A stretch of 64,000 nt of DNA, taken from the NCBI GenBank assembly GCA_937928765.1, contig CALFVX010000001.1, forward strand, positions 86,744 to 150,743, in the 5' to 3' direction. The notes beneath the pieces are model-generated. The model did no database searches and had not been told where the DNA came from. It saw only the letters and a list, made by a program, of their open reading frames with translations. Shown here one piece after another: positions 15,001 to 29,500 of this stretch (position 1 is its first letter; each line of letters starts with the position of its first letter). The stretch comes from an uncultured Endomicrobiia bacterium (lineage in GTDB: Bacteria; Elusimicrobiota; Endomicrobiia; DTEH01). Made by a program: the position numbers and the translations under genes.

Positions 15001-18000
15001 ACCTGCAGGGTTTAATTATAGTGGTTCATTATCACCTGAACCCGTAACTTGGGATTATACAGGACTTCCAGAAACTGCGTTACAAAGCGGTGCTTCATAT
15101 TATATCACTTCAAGAACAAGAGATAATGCTGCTAACCAAGAGGAATTCTTTAACATCCGTGGGTCAACATTTGTCTGGGACAATACTCCGCCAGTAGCTT
15201 CAATACTTATCCCTGCTACACCTGAACAGTTCTATTCATCATTACCAACTATAACAGGAACCTGTGCTGACTTACCGCCACAACAAGGGTTACTTTCAGC
15301 AGGAATAAGGACTGTTGAACTTACAATACAAGATATAACACCTTATGTACCTGAAACAGATAAATACTGGACAGGGAATAGTTGGACTGGTGTCACACCT
15401 ACTACATTTACTGCATTAACAACTGATAACTGGCAAACTTGGTACTCAACTGCTGTTCCGAATACTGCATGGATACAAGGGCATAGATACAAAATTAAAG
15501 CATGGGCATATGATAATTCATTGCCACTGCCAGGTAACCAGCAAACACCAACCGAATCGTATTTCAAATTTGAATCTTCAGCACCAGTAGTTTCGTTCAC
15601 TAATATCACACATAACAATTATTATAGAACATTACCACAGATTTCAGGGACAGCAGTTGATTACCCATTAACACCATTGTATCGTTCCGGAATGCAAAAA
15701 GTAGAAGTTTTGATAAAAGACAATCAAGCCAATAAATTCTGGGATGGCACATACTGGCAATCTTATGAACCTTTAGATTGGCCTGATGCAAGTTTTGTCT
15801 CAGGTTATAATCCACAAACTGTTGTAGATTGGTATTTTAACTCACCAAGTTATGAAAGTGGTAAGGATTATAACATCACAGCAAAACCTGTTGACCAACT
15901 CAATATTTCTGGTTTATCTATAACTTATACAATCACTTACGATACTCATCCACCAGTTTCAAATATTGTTCGTCCTGAAGAAAACAAAGGATACTCTACA
16001 GCTGACCCGTTAACAACAATAAGCGGTATTTCCGAAGATTATATGCCATATGTGGGATTTAAATATTCAAACATAACTTCTGCTAATGATATCCTTGTAA
16101 CACTTCGTCTTGATGAACCACCGTATGACCCGTTAACTCCAAGTTCACTTGATAAATGGTGGAAATGGTGGGGTTCTTCAGGTTCTTGGGTTTCGGCATC
16201 AAATTATTCCGAGTCAGATGTATGGTTCCCTGTGGATACAATTTATCAACAGATTGATAATGTCTCTTATTGGAGAATATACGAGAAAGTACCTGGTAAT
16301 AGCACAGGGTCGGATAACTGGGTTTCAGGCAAAATCTACCGTTTCCGTGTGAAATCACAGGATAGAGTGGGTAATGTTGAAACTGTAGTTTCAACACGCA
16401 CATTCTCAGTTGATATCCAACCGCCAGTATCACGTTCTGTAAGACCGCAAGATGGTGGGTTCTACAACGCCACTACAAATATATTGACTACATTGTCAGG
16501 TACAGCAATTGATGATTTGCCCGATAATGTGAAACGTACCGATATAAGGATAAGATATGAAGAAGGTGGTAATGTTTACTACTGGAACGGTTCAATCTGG
16601 CAGCTTGGTGTTTCAAGCTGGCTTGCATGTGTCAATTTAACACCTGGTGGTACTTGGTGGGCATATATACCAGGTGTTTCAGGTAGCACAGTCGCATGGG
16701 TCTCAGGTAAAACATACTATATGAACACAAAATCAATAGATAACGCCGATAACGTTGAGTTGGCATTTTCAACAATTTCATTCCAGGTAGATTCCTTACC
16801 GCCATCAACAACAATACAGCAACCTGTCCATTTAGCAGGTTATTCACCATCACAGCCATTGCCGAGGTTTGAAGGTATCTGTTCTGATGATTTCAGCGGT
16901 GTAAAGAATGTAAAGATAGCGCTTCAGAGGTTATCCGATGGTTTATGGTGGCAAGGTGGTGCTGCTTGGGGTTCACAGGTGTGGTTTGATCTAACAACTG
17001 CAAATGGTTATTTATCTTCAGGTGCCACATGGTGGTATTATCCTAAACCAACATTTACAAGTGGGCAACGATATATGTTAATAGCTTACGGGATTGATAA
17101 TGCTGACAATCCACAAACTGAATTCATAGTTGGTGTATCATCAAACATTTTCTCTTATGATGATATACCTCCAACAAGTGGTGTAGTGATACCTGCTAAT
17201 GACGAAGCGTATTCAACTAACAAACCGTTAACTACAATCTCAGGCACGGCTGAGGATGATTTTAGTGGCGTAACCGGTGGCAAGATTAAGATATGGTTCC
17301 TGGGAGATCAAAATGATTGGAGTTTACCCGGTGGTACCTCTTACTACTGGACAGGTGTAGTTTGGAGTTCAGTTCAGGTTTATGAATTGAATGTATCTTC
17401 ATTAACTTCTGACTGGTCCTGGTGGTATTATACAGCAGCATTTGATTGGAAGAATGGTAAAGAACATTATGTTAACATAAGAATGCGCGACCTTGCAGGT
17501 AACTGGCAGACAATAGGTGTAACTAATAAGTTCAAATATGATACAACATCTCCAGCTGTTACAATTTCAGTTCCACAGCCAGCTTCATTCTGGGGTCCTG
17601 CAAATAATTTGCCTACGCTCTCAGGTCAAGCAACAGATGAATTCTCAGGTGTATCCCGTGTATTGATACAGATTAAAAACGAAACCGATTCAACATACTG
17701 GAATGGTTCAGAGTTCACAGCACATTCTACAAATTATGTATTAGCAACCCTTGTCTCACCGGGTGCGTTATCTACAGAATGGCGTGTTATATTCCCAACA
17801 CAATCCTGGATAACTGATAAATATTATTCAGTTCTGGCTAAGTCCTATGATAAAGCAGAAAATGTTTCAACTGATGCACAGAATACATTCACTCATGATT
17901 CAACCTTACCGAGAACTGCGTTCTATATTCCATCACAACCATTCTATAATTACTTGACAACAATCTCAGGCACTGCATGGGAAGAAGGACCACCTGCACC

Positions 18001-21000
18001 CGCAAGGTCAAGATTAAAAGAAGTTCGTGTTGCTATACAAAATGACCCAACAATAAACAATCTCTGGTGGGATGGTTCAGGGTTCAATTCTGTCTCACCT
18101 GTATGGTTACTTTGTAGTGGCACAATTGAAGGTCAGGATTCGGCAAGCTTCTATTTCACAGGGTCAACACCTACCTGGGTTGATGGGAAAACATATCTGG
18201 TCCAAGCAAGAGCACAAGATAGAGCACTTAATTATCAATCTCCAATAACTACATTCTCGTTCACATACGATATTACAAAACCGACCGTGAGATTAAAGAT
18301 ACCTGATGAAGGTTCAGGATATAGATATAATTTATTACCTACAATTTCAGGTACTGCTTTTGATACTTCACCAGGACAATTAGCATCTGTTTATTTAAGA
18401 ATAAAAGAACAAACAGGACTTTATAGATATTGGAATAACAATACACAACAATTTGATAGTGACCTTCCTGCAGAATCAGCCTGGTTCTTAGCAGTTACAA
18501 CAGTTACACCTCAGTGGACAATATGGTTTGCTACATTTACAACATTACCATGGCAGGATGGTATTTCATACTCAGTTGAAGCAAAATCTTATGATATGGC
18601 AACTAACTTGTGTGTGAGTTATTCAACAAGTGTATTCACATACGATATATCTTACCCACACTCATATGTAGTACTTCCTCAAACAGGAACATATAGAAGA
18701 CAACTTACGCAACTAACAGGTACTGCAACGGATATCGCCGGTGGTACTGTTACAGATGTTAAAGTTTATGTCCAGAGATTAACCGATGGCAGATGGTGGG
18801 CAACTGCAGGTAACTGGGTAACAGTTGAGACAGCGCTGCCGATAACACAACTTGTGGTTATATCGCCTGGTGTATGGGAATGGCAACGAAACGATACTGA
18901 ATTAGCAAGTTATTTAACAAGCGGTACATCATATTATGTCTACACTCGGGCATTTGATAACGCAACAAACATAGAACCTTTACCCGGTGCTGGTCCTTCA
19001 GTGTTTGTCTGGGATGTGACATCACCAACTTCTACTGTTACATACCCACAAGATGGCGGATATTATAATACATTATCAGTGATCTCAGGAACACAGGTTG
19101 ATGTTGTCCCGTTTGCTGGTGCACGTGTAGCCGGAGTTCCTGCAATAACAGGTGCAGTAAAAGTTTCAATACAAGATTTAACTTATCCATCAACATACTG
19201 GAATGCTTCGTTATCGCAATGGGTAGAAACCGAAGTGTTTAATGATGCGGTTGTATATCCTTCATCCTGGGTATTCACTAACCTTCCAACATTTGAAACT
19301 GGAAAAAGATATAGAATAAGTTCTCGTGCTTATGATGCAGCGTTGCCTTCCGGTAATGACCAGTATACACAATTCCCACAAGCAGGGTACACAATTTTAT
19401 TTGATACTAATCCGCCAATAGCAACTGTGACCTATCCTCCAAATAATTCAATCATAAACTTTGTTCCAACGATTACAGGTCAGGCATCAGACCAACCAAC
19501 ATTGAATTCTGGTATAGATAAAGTATTTGTAGCAATCCGCGAGATAGAGCCTGTAGGTTTATGGTGGGATCCCGCAACTTCGTCATTCACTTCCACAGTA
19601 CCTATTTGGTCAACAGCAACTTGGATTTCAGGTCCACCAGCAAGATGGGAATGGCAAAATTCAGGATTAGTTTTAAGAGATGGATACAGATATTATGTAC
19701 AATGTTATTCAAGGGACAGAGCTGGCAATGACGGGCCAACTTCAACACCGTTACTATTTAGATACGATACCACACCACCATCTGTTGGCATCACATTACC
19801 TTACAAATCTTGGCATACTGCTTTAACCACTGTATCAGGTACTGCTGTTGATAGTGGTTATACAGGTGCTTCAATAAGCGAAGTTAAAGTAACATATCAA
19901 CATAATCCGCCTGGAGGTTTATGGTGGGACGGGACAACATTTAGTCAAGGTACAATAGAGAACGCATATTGGGAAACAGCAGATATTTCTTCACTACCTA
20001 CATGGTGGCGTAGTCCTACACCAAACTGGGCAACTGGTGAGACTTACAAAGTTGTAGCAAAGGCAAAAGATTTAGCAGGGAACTGGAGCACAATTTCGGA
20101 AAAAATATTCGCTATTGATGTAACGCCACCTTTGTCTGCTGTTACATTACCACAGTCTGGTAATTACTATAGCAGTGTCTCACAAATTAGTGGAACTTGT
20201 TACGATGCACACAGCGGAATTGAAAAAGTTGAAATAAGGTTAATAAATGTAACAGACAACTTAGGTTGGGATGGTAGTCAATGGGTTGTTGGGTTATCAA
20301 GTTGGGTTGCGGTTAACAATGTGTATCAATCAAGCTGGAGTTATACAATATCAGTACCATTTACAACTGGCAAGAGGTACGAAGTAACAAGCAGGGCATG
20401 GGATGTCGCAGGTTCATCTGAAACTGTAAGTGAGATACCTACATATGATATTTACTTTATGTACGACATAGACGCGCCAGTTTCACAAATTCAGCAACCA
20501 TATCAACCGTCAGGTTCTGAAGTTAAATACTATCGTTATCTACCAATAATCTCAGGAACAGCAGCTGATGTTCCAACAGAACCTGCAGGTTCAGGTATTG
20601 ATGAAGTTAAAATCGCTATTCAGGATAAAACCAGCGGTTTATGGTGGGGCGGTTCTGCGTTTGACCAAGAAACACCTTGGTGGGGTACAGTTGTTACCGG
20701 TTCAACTTCTTGGAACGCTTCGTTCAGTGATTCCAACTGGGTTGATGGTAAGACATATTTAGTTATAAGCAAAGCATATGACAAAGCAATACCTCGGAAT
20801 GAACAGACAACATTTAATGTTGTTGTTAATTCTGTGACATTTATTTGCGATAAATCCACTCCTACATCAAGAATCACATGGCCGATTGATTTCTTGGTAA
20901 CAAATAACCTCACTACAATTTCAGGAACTTCACAAGATGTTTTAGTTTTAGGTAATGCAAGCGGGATACAGAAGACGGAAGTTTCAATATATTGTGTTTC

Positions 21001-23560
21001 ACCTTCAACTGGCTGGTGGAATGGGACAGATTTTACGGGAACTTCACAACAATGGTTTGTAGCAACTAATCTAACACCTGCTAACACATCCTGGATATAC
21101 ACGGGCTTTGCAGGTGCACTTATAACTCATTCAACTTATGTTGTATATTCACGCACATTTGATAATTCACTTCCTACACCTGGGAATTACGAAACAACCT
21201 ATAGTTCAAAAACTTTTGTATACGATGTTACAAAACCTACTTCTGTGATTAACCTTCCAACTTTAGCATATTACACTAACAGGCCTGACGCATCGCCAAT
21301 GTATCAACTTCCGTTGATAAGCGGTACTGCGTTTGACCGGTTTGGTATTTCAAAAGTTGAAGTTTTGGTTCGTGATTTAACTTCAGGAACTACTTACTGG
21401 ACAGGGAACAGTTGGGTAGATTTTGTTCCTTCTGACTGGCCTGACGCTTCTGGAACAAGTTTGTGGCAGTTTACTTCAACACCTACCTGGCAGTCAGGTA
21501 GACAATATAGAGTTTATACAAAAGCAACTGACATTGCAGGAAATGTTGAAGACCGTGGTCCTGCGTTACCATCTGTTTATGACAAAACCTTTATATTTGA
21601 CAACACACCGCCTGTATCACGAGTAACATATCCTCAAAACGGTGGTTATTACAACTCACCGTCAGTACTTTCAGGTACTGCACAAGACCCAACACCGGAT
21701 ACTGGGAATAATAAATCTGGAATTATGTATGTGAAAGTGCTCATTAAACGGCTTGATACTAACCAGTACTGGGACGGGACAGGTTGGAGTTCTACAAAAC
21801 AAGAGTTAGATACTGTCTGGGTACAACAAGAAAGCAGGTGGTACAGGTCAACAGGGTTACCTAATTGGGAAGATGGTGTAAGTTATCAGATACAATCTCG
21901 TGCATATGACAACGCTACAAATCCTGAAGAAGAACCGTTACATCCGGGTTCTACTTGGACTTGTGATAAAACTTCGCCACTTGTATACTTACTTGCTCCA
22001 GTTCATAGTTTAACCATGCCACCGAATAAATATTACAATACCCTTGCTACAGTTTCAGGTACTGCTTCTGACCAAAACCCACTTTCACAAGTAGAAGTTA
22101 GAATTTACAGTTATATAGACGGTGGCTGGTGGGATGGTAGTTCTTGGAACATGGGTCTTTCGCCTGACGATGCATGGTTTGTTAGTTCATCAACTACGAA
22201 CTGGAGTTTATGGTATACAACATTTACAGCGTGGCAGTCAGGATATGTTTACAAAGTTGAATCCAGAGCTAAAGATGTTGCAAACAACTATTCTACTGAA
22301 TATTCTACATCTATCTTTAGATACGATACTACAAAACCTGAAACTTATGTTTCCTTCCCGCCGAATGGTGTGTATATTGCTGAGTTAACTACTATCTCAG
22401 GTACAGCAAAAGATTTACCTGAACCTTCTGGTGCGTATTATGGTCCATCAGGGCTTTATAATGTAAGGATTGCTGTAAGAAATAACCAGACAGGTTATTG
22501 GTGGTCAGGTACAGGATTTACTGCGGGAAGTTTAACTGAACGGCCAGTATCAGGTCTTGCAAGTTGGATATTTACAGAAATAAATACTCAATCGTTACAA
22601 TCAGGCGTGTCGTATTATATCACAGCACGGGCTGAAGATAACGCTGGTAACCCACAAGCAAGTATTACTTCACCTGGCAACCGTGAAGATTGGTACAACA
22701 TCCGCGGTTCTACATTTATTTTTGACAACACACCGCCTGTGTCAAGAATAGAATTTCCTGCTAACAACGGTGCATATAACACAGCGTTTACTATTATTTC
22801 AGGTACTTCAGTAGATTTAACTGCCGGGGTTAATAAAGTAGAAATTTCTATCCAGAACCTTACTGATTCAGGAACACCATATTGGAACCACAACTTAAAC
22901 ATCTGGGAATCAAACGCTCCTCAAGAAAGATGGATAACTATTTCAACCTCAGCCCCCGGTGGACAAATAGTCAACTGGGTGTACCAAAATGCGTCAATAT
23001 ACTGGACCGATGGCAGGATATATCGTGTGCGTGTCCGAGGATATGACAATGTTACAATACCGCAGGCAAATGTAGAAACTGAGCCAAATATATCATCTCA
23101 TACATTTATCTACGATATTACAAAACCTACTTCTACGGTGTTACAGGTTCGTGTAGGTGGCGAATGGAGAAACATTGAAGAGTTATATTTTGAAAATGTG
23201 GAATACATTGGCGGTTCTGCAGCAGACAATGCTCATCCGTTAAACAACAGTGGTATAGTGCCAAACAGCGGTGTAAAAATATGTCTTCTCCGTGACGAGA
23301 ACGAAAACGAAATAATTGATACTAACGGTGCTGACCTTATCTGGGACTTTGTAAACTCTACCTGGACTGCTTATTATGGTAGTGTAGGTATGAACAACTT
23401 AGGTGTGTGTACAGGCGGTGAACCCTCCTGGCAGTCACCTGCGTTCTCTACTGCTACTTGGAAATCAGGTAAACTTTATTTTGTAAGGTCGCAAGCTACT
23501 GACCGTGCAGGGAATGTTCAAGATTATGATGTTTCAAACTGGAAGAGATTTTATGTCACC
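2..23560 (+). repeat. Block A: about 63 tandem diverged Trp-rich Ig-like domains (~124 aa each)
   Basis: Manual count of the recurring motif L(P/T)TISGTAxD...VxxVxIxI...(Y/W)WxGxxW...W...GxxYxIxxRAxDxAGN...FxYDxTPPxSxIxxP. The DxAGN and DxTPP signatures are typical of bacterial Ig-like repeats. Confidence 0.9.
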
Positions 23561-26500
23561 CTTCCTGCAAATTCGTTTGTTGTCACACCACAGTTTAATA
23601 CAGTTTCTGCAGGGACAAAAATGCAAGTTACAGTAAAAGCCGTGGATATAAACGGTGATACTGCTAAGAATTATATCGGAAGAATAAGGTTCACAGTTGA
23701 CGGGTTATATCCTTCAGGTGCAGGACCTGAATATAAATGGACTAATAGAACATATCAACCAGAAGAAGGATGGTTGCCTGACGATTATACCTTTACTTTA
23801 CAGGACAAAGGTGTGAAAACTTTCTATTTAGTATCAGTTGATTCTGAAGCAGTTAATTTAGTGAAATCTGGTGTAAGAACACTAAGAGTTACAGATATTC
23901 CGGGAGATGGGATAGGTAGAGATAACATTACCGGTGTAGCAAATATAACAGTTCTTCCTGTGACACCTGAGAAGTTAAGAATAGTAGTTCCTGGTATGTC
24001 ACGTGCACCTGGTATAGTTGGCGGGTTAACTGGTGTACCAGATACACAAACTGCTGGTGTGAACTTTGAAGTGAAAGTTGACGCTTGTGATAGATACTGG
24101 AACATAGTTTCTACTTCTACCGAGGTAAGATTAAGGTCTACTGCTGGTTCTGACCCGTATACTACAGCGTTGCCACAACAAAAACAACTTTTAGACGGTT
24201 CAGGGTTACCTCAAGGGACTACTACTTTTATTATCCATTTTGTCCAACGAGGTAACCAACGGCTTACTGCTGAAGATTTAGGTCCTACTTCATGGTTATC
24301 TCATACTATACCATTACCTATCCCTGTGAACCCAGCAGTTGCAGTAAAACTTCAGGTTATACTTCCTGGCGAAACTGCAGAATGGGGTAAACCACCGTAT
24401 GACAGTCCTTCCGGCGGTAAACTTGGTAATCCACAAACACAAGTTGCAGGACAAAGTTTTGATGTTCAGGTTAACGCTTGTGACAATTTCTGGAACAGAA
24501 ATGATAATGTAAATCCTACAGTAAAAATTATCACTTCGGACAACTACGATGTTGAACCTGCAACACAAACTTTATCCGGTGGGACTGCAACTTTCCCTGT
24601 AACATTAATCACTGCAGCAACTGTTTACAACAACATAATGTATTCTGGGACAACACATTATATATATGCTACAGTTTATGAAGGCGTGAATTTGTCTACT
24701 GGAATTTCTTCTGGCGTATATGTAATTCCTACTTCAGCAGAAAAACTTTTAGTAATTTTACCTGGTGAAACACCACAACCTGGTTCTTCCACAGGTAAGA
24801 CAGGTTCACCACAGACACTTACCGCTGGTGTTACAGCATATGTAGATGTCTACCTTGTTGACCAGTACTGGAACAGACATTCTACAGCTACACAACCCGT
24901 GGTGTTGTTAGATATATCACCATATCCTAACCCTCAACAATCAATAGAAACAAACCCGGCTGAAGCACAACTTGTTACAGGGTATAGACAATATTCAGTA
25001 GTGTTCAAAGTTGCAACTGGACAAACTAACGGTCCATCACAAAGAAATATTTCCGCAACTGACACTGGTGGTTCAGGGACAAATTATACAGGATATACCA
25101 CAGCTGCAATATATGTTTCACCAGCAGAGATTGAAAAATTACAACTTGTAGTTCCTGGTGAAACGGTACAACCTGGTATACCTGAAGGTAAAACTGGTTC
25201 TCCAACAACACGTACTGCAGGTGTATCGTTTAATGTAATGGTACGTTCCTGTGACAGGTTCTGGAACCATAACACTTACGGGACAATGGAAGTAAAACTT
25301 CTAACTTCAGACCCGTACGATACAGAACCTACATTCAACCTTGTCTCAGGACAAAGGATACAATCGTTGACTTTAAGACAAGCACGGCCTACCGGGAATA
25401 CTTTAGGTAATGTTTATGTTTCAATTACAGCAGTTGAAACTTCAACTTCGCCTGTAACATCTTCGCAGACAGTTTCTGGCATTCTTGTTGTCCCGAACAA
25501 TGCTGTGAGGTTACAGTTAATCCTTCCTGGTGAGACAGCAGAACCTGGCCATCCTGAAGGTAAAACAGGCGAAATTTCGCCTATCACTGCAGGGACACCG
25601 TTTAGTGTAGTTGTAAACCTTACTGACAATTGGTACAACAGAGTTGCGTTAGACGAACCTGTGGTAAAAGTTCAAACTCCAAACGATCCTTACGATGTAG
25701 AACCTTCAACACAGGCATTAATTGCAGGACAGTATGTGTTCACAAACGCTTTATCTATAGTTCGTGCAGGGACACATACTGTTGTTGTAGAAGATGTTGA
25801 CGGTATACCTCCGTTGTATATCTCTACAACATCAAGAAGTTTCTATGTCTCAGCAAAACCTGCATCACAATTACAAGTTTTAGTTCCCAACCAGCAGAAC
25901 CTTGCAGGGAACTGGTCAGGTTCGCCTAACGGTCAAGTTCCTTACGGGAAAAATACTGCTGTCACACAGACACAAACTGCAGGTGTAGCGTTTACTGTAA
26001 CAGTTAACGCTTGTGATACATACTGGAACATCACTGCTACAAACACTGTAGTATGGATAAATGTTATGAAGACAGCAGTTGAAATTGACCCGTATGCTGA
26101 AGTTTATCCTTCTTCAACTACTTTAATAACAACTTCAACATTTACAGTTATAGTAAAAACAGCACAGGCACGAAGGATAAAAGTTTCCGATGGCGAATTT
26201 GGTCTTTTAGACCAGTTAGGCGAAGTGTTCAATGTTAACCCGAACATACCGTCAAAAATATTTGTAGTTTTACCTGGTGAGATAGCAGTTCCAGGTTCGC
26301 CTACAGGTAAAACTGGTACACCGTCGTGGCAAGAAGCAGGGTATTCGTTTATGCCTACTATAAGGTTAGTAGATGATTATTACAACCCAACACCTGCACC
26401 ACAGGATATAACAGTGAGACTTACAACTGAAGATCCGTATGATAGTTACACTTATGGTGAATACATTGATTATACAATTCCTGCAAACAACACTGACGGA

Positions 26501-29500
26501 ACTTCTTCTGAATATCCTACATTGATTACTGCAACAACTTCAGGTTGGAAATTAACTGCAGACGATGTTTCACCAAACATTTACGCTACTTATATTACTG
26601 ACGGTGTAAAAGTTAAACCTCGTAGGGATGAACCAGGGTATGAACGTAAACTTCTTGTAACTCTACCTGGTGAGACACATGTCTGGGGTAAACCACCATA
26701 TAACACTAATACTGGTGGGAAGCAAGGTGTAGCACAAATTATTACTGCAGGGTTAACTTTCCAAGTTACTGCTTATGCATGCGACTATTACTGGAACAGG
26801 ATTGATGATACACTTTTTGGTAACAATCCTCCTGAAGGCAACCCTCTGACAAAAATTGAAACTTCAGACCCGTATGATACAGAACCGTCACCAGAACAAC
26901 TTGTTGACGGAAGAAAAGTGTTTAATATAACACTTGTAAAAGCAGGAACGTTTACTATTACTGCTTCTGACATTGACGGTGTTGGTATTTATTACCAGCC
27001 GTATCAAACAATAGTTGCAACTTGTCAAGCAAATGTTGCAGTAAAACTTTTAGCAGTATTGCCCGGTGAGACATATCTTCCAGGTTCGTCTACAGGGAAA
27101 ACTGGTACACCACAACAGTTTGTTGCTGGTGTGCCGTTTAATATTACAGTTTATGGTTGTGATAATTACTGGAATTTACAACCTAAAGCTGTAGCGTTAG
27201 TAAGACTAACAGATTCTGATGTATACAACTCAACACCTACAGCAACATCTTTAGTCCAAGGACAGGCTACAATACAACATACTTTTGTAACTGCAACTAC
27301 ACATTATATAACTGTTGAAGATATAGACAGCGAGCCACTTTCAAGTTATACAGTTTATGGTGTAACAGTTACACCAAATGTGCCAACAAAACTTCTCGCA
27401 GTTCTTCCTGGTGAAACTTATGTACCTGGGAAATACAACATTGTTCCTTATGGTAAACAAGGAACACCACAAACACAAACTGCAGGTGTTCAGTTTAATG
27501 TTACAGTTTACGGTACTGACGAGTATTACAACCGTACATCTACATTTGTAGCTTGCTGGGTAACTTCACAGGATCCTTACGATGTAGAACCTTCCACACT
27601 TACACTTATTAACGGTAGCACTGTTTTTGTGTTAAATTTTGTTTCAGCAACTGACGGTTTAAACTGGAACAATTCTGGCTGGAGTATAAATGTTTATTCA
27701 CAAGGTAGTATGCAAACATACACTTCTGCAGGTGTCCCTGTACAACCTAACCCGTCTACTTTAAACGATAGAATACAACTTTTACTTCCTAACGAAGTAA
27801 GAAAACCCGGTAAACCACCGTATACAGATTCTACAGGTGGTAAAGAAGGTACGGTAGAAACAAAAATTGCTGGAGAGAATGTTTTAGCAAGAATATATAT
27901 CACAGATTATTATTGGAACAGAAGAACTGATAATGTTTCAAATATAAACTTATCCTGTATAGGATTCCAGGATTACGAAGGTGATGGGTTAACACCAAAA
28001 TTTGTTACACTTACTGCTGGTACATCGGATTATTATTTAACTTTCTATACTACCGGTAGTTGGAGTATAACTGCTACACATCCTGATTATCTTTCTTACA
28101 CTTCTTCGTTGATCACAATCCAGCCTGCATCGCCAGTAAAACTTTTAGTTGTTTTACCACAACAAGAAATTTCGCCGTTATCTGTTTCAGGCCGTAGTGG
28201 GACACCTGCAAACGCTACTGCTGGTGTAGGATATAATGTTACAGTTTACGCTTGTGACGCGTATTACAATTATCAACCTGTAGAAACTTCTTCTTCTACG
28301 GTCAAACTTACAACTTCGGACTTGTTTGACCAAGAACCTCAAAACCTCATTTTACAAAACGGTACTACAGTGTTTGTTATTGTCCCGGTTACTGCAGGGA
28401 CACAAACTGTTACAGCAGAAGATTTAACTCCGCCTATTATGGCTGCTAACACTTCTTCAGTGTTCACAGTTGTACCAAACAATCCTGCACGGTTGCTTGT
28501 CACAGTTCCCGGAGAGACAATATTACCCGGGTCACATAAAGGAAAACAAGGCACAGCACAAATACAAACCGCAGGTATATCTTTTGGTTGCACCGTTTAC
28601 GCTACAGATATGTATTTTAACCCAACAAATGATACATCTTTTGTAAGAATTGAAACTTCAGACAAATGGGATATCCATCCGTCAACACAACAACTTGTTT
28701 TTGGCACTACAGTGTTTTATGTCACACTTGTTACTGCAGGAGAACAATATATTTATGCAATTGACACTGACGCACCGTATTTATGGACTTCTACAAGTTC
28801 TGCAGTAACTGTACAACCTAAGATAGACGTGTTGTCCGAACTTAAACTGCATATAATAGTTCCGGGCGAAACTTACGAACCTGGTAAATGGAACAACGGT
28901 GTAAACCCAGCACCGTTTGGTAAACAAGGTTCACCACAAGCACAAACCGCAGGGAACAACTTTAATGTAGACGTCTACCTCGTGGACAAATTCTTTAACC
29001 GGGTATACACAGGTGTTTCTATGCCATGGGTACAACTTGTCAAAGTAGGCGATTACGACCCGTATGCAATCTATCCGTCGTCAGCACAACTTATCTTGGG
29101 TGCGACAAGTTTCGTAGTACAGTTTAGAACTTCAGGTTGGGCAATAAACCCGTCAAGTTGGACAATAACAGTCCGTGATGTTGACGGTATAGACCCGTTG
29201 TTCCCGGACGCTGTATCGCCAAAAATTACAGTGTTGCCTAATATAGCAAAGAAGTTGCAGATTATACTACCGGGTGAAACTTGGCTACCGGGTTCTTCTG
29301 AAGGTAAAACAGGTGTTCCTGAAAGTTGGGTTGTAGATTCTACACGAACTATTACAGTACAGGTTTGTGACGATTACTGGAATGTTACAAATACTACTAT
29401 AACTGCTACGCTTACTACTGAAGATCCGAACGATACACCAGACCCGCAATCGTTAGGTATCACTCAAGGTAGAATCTATGTTGACAGAAACTTAGTTACT

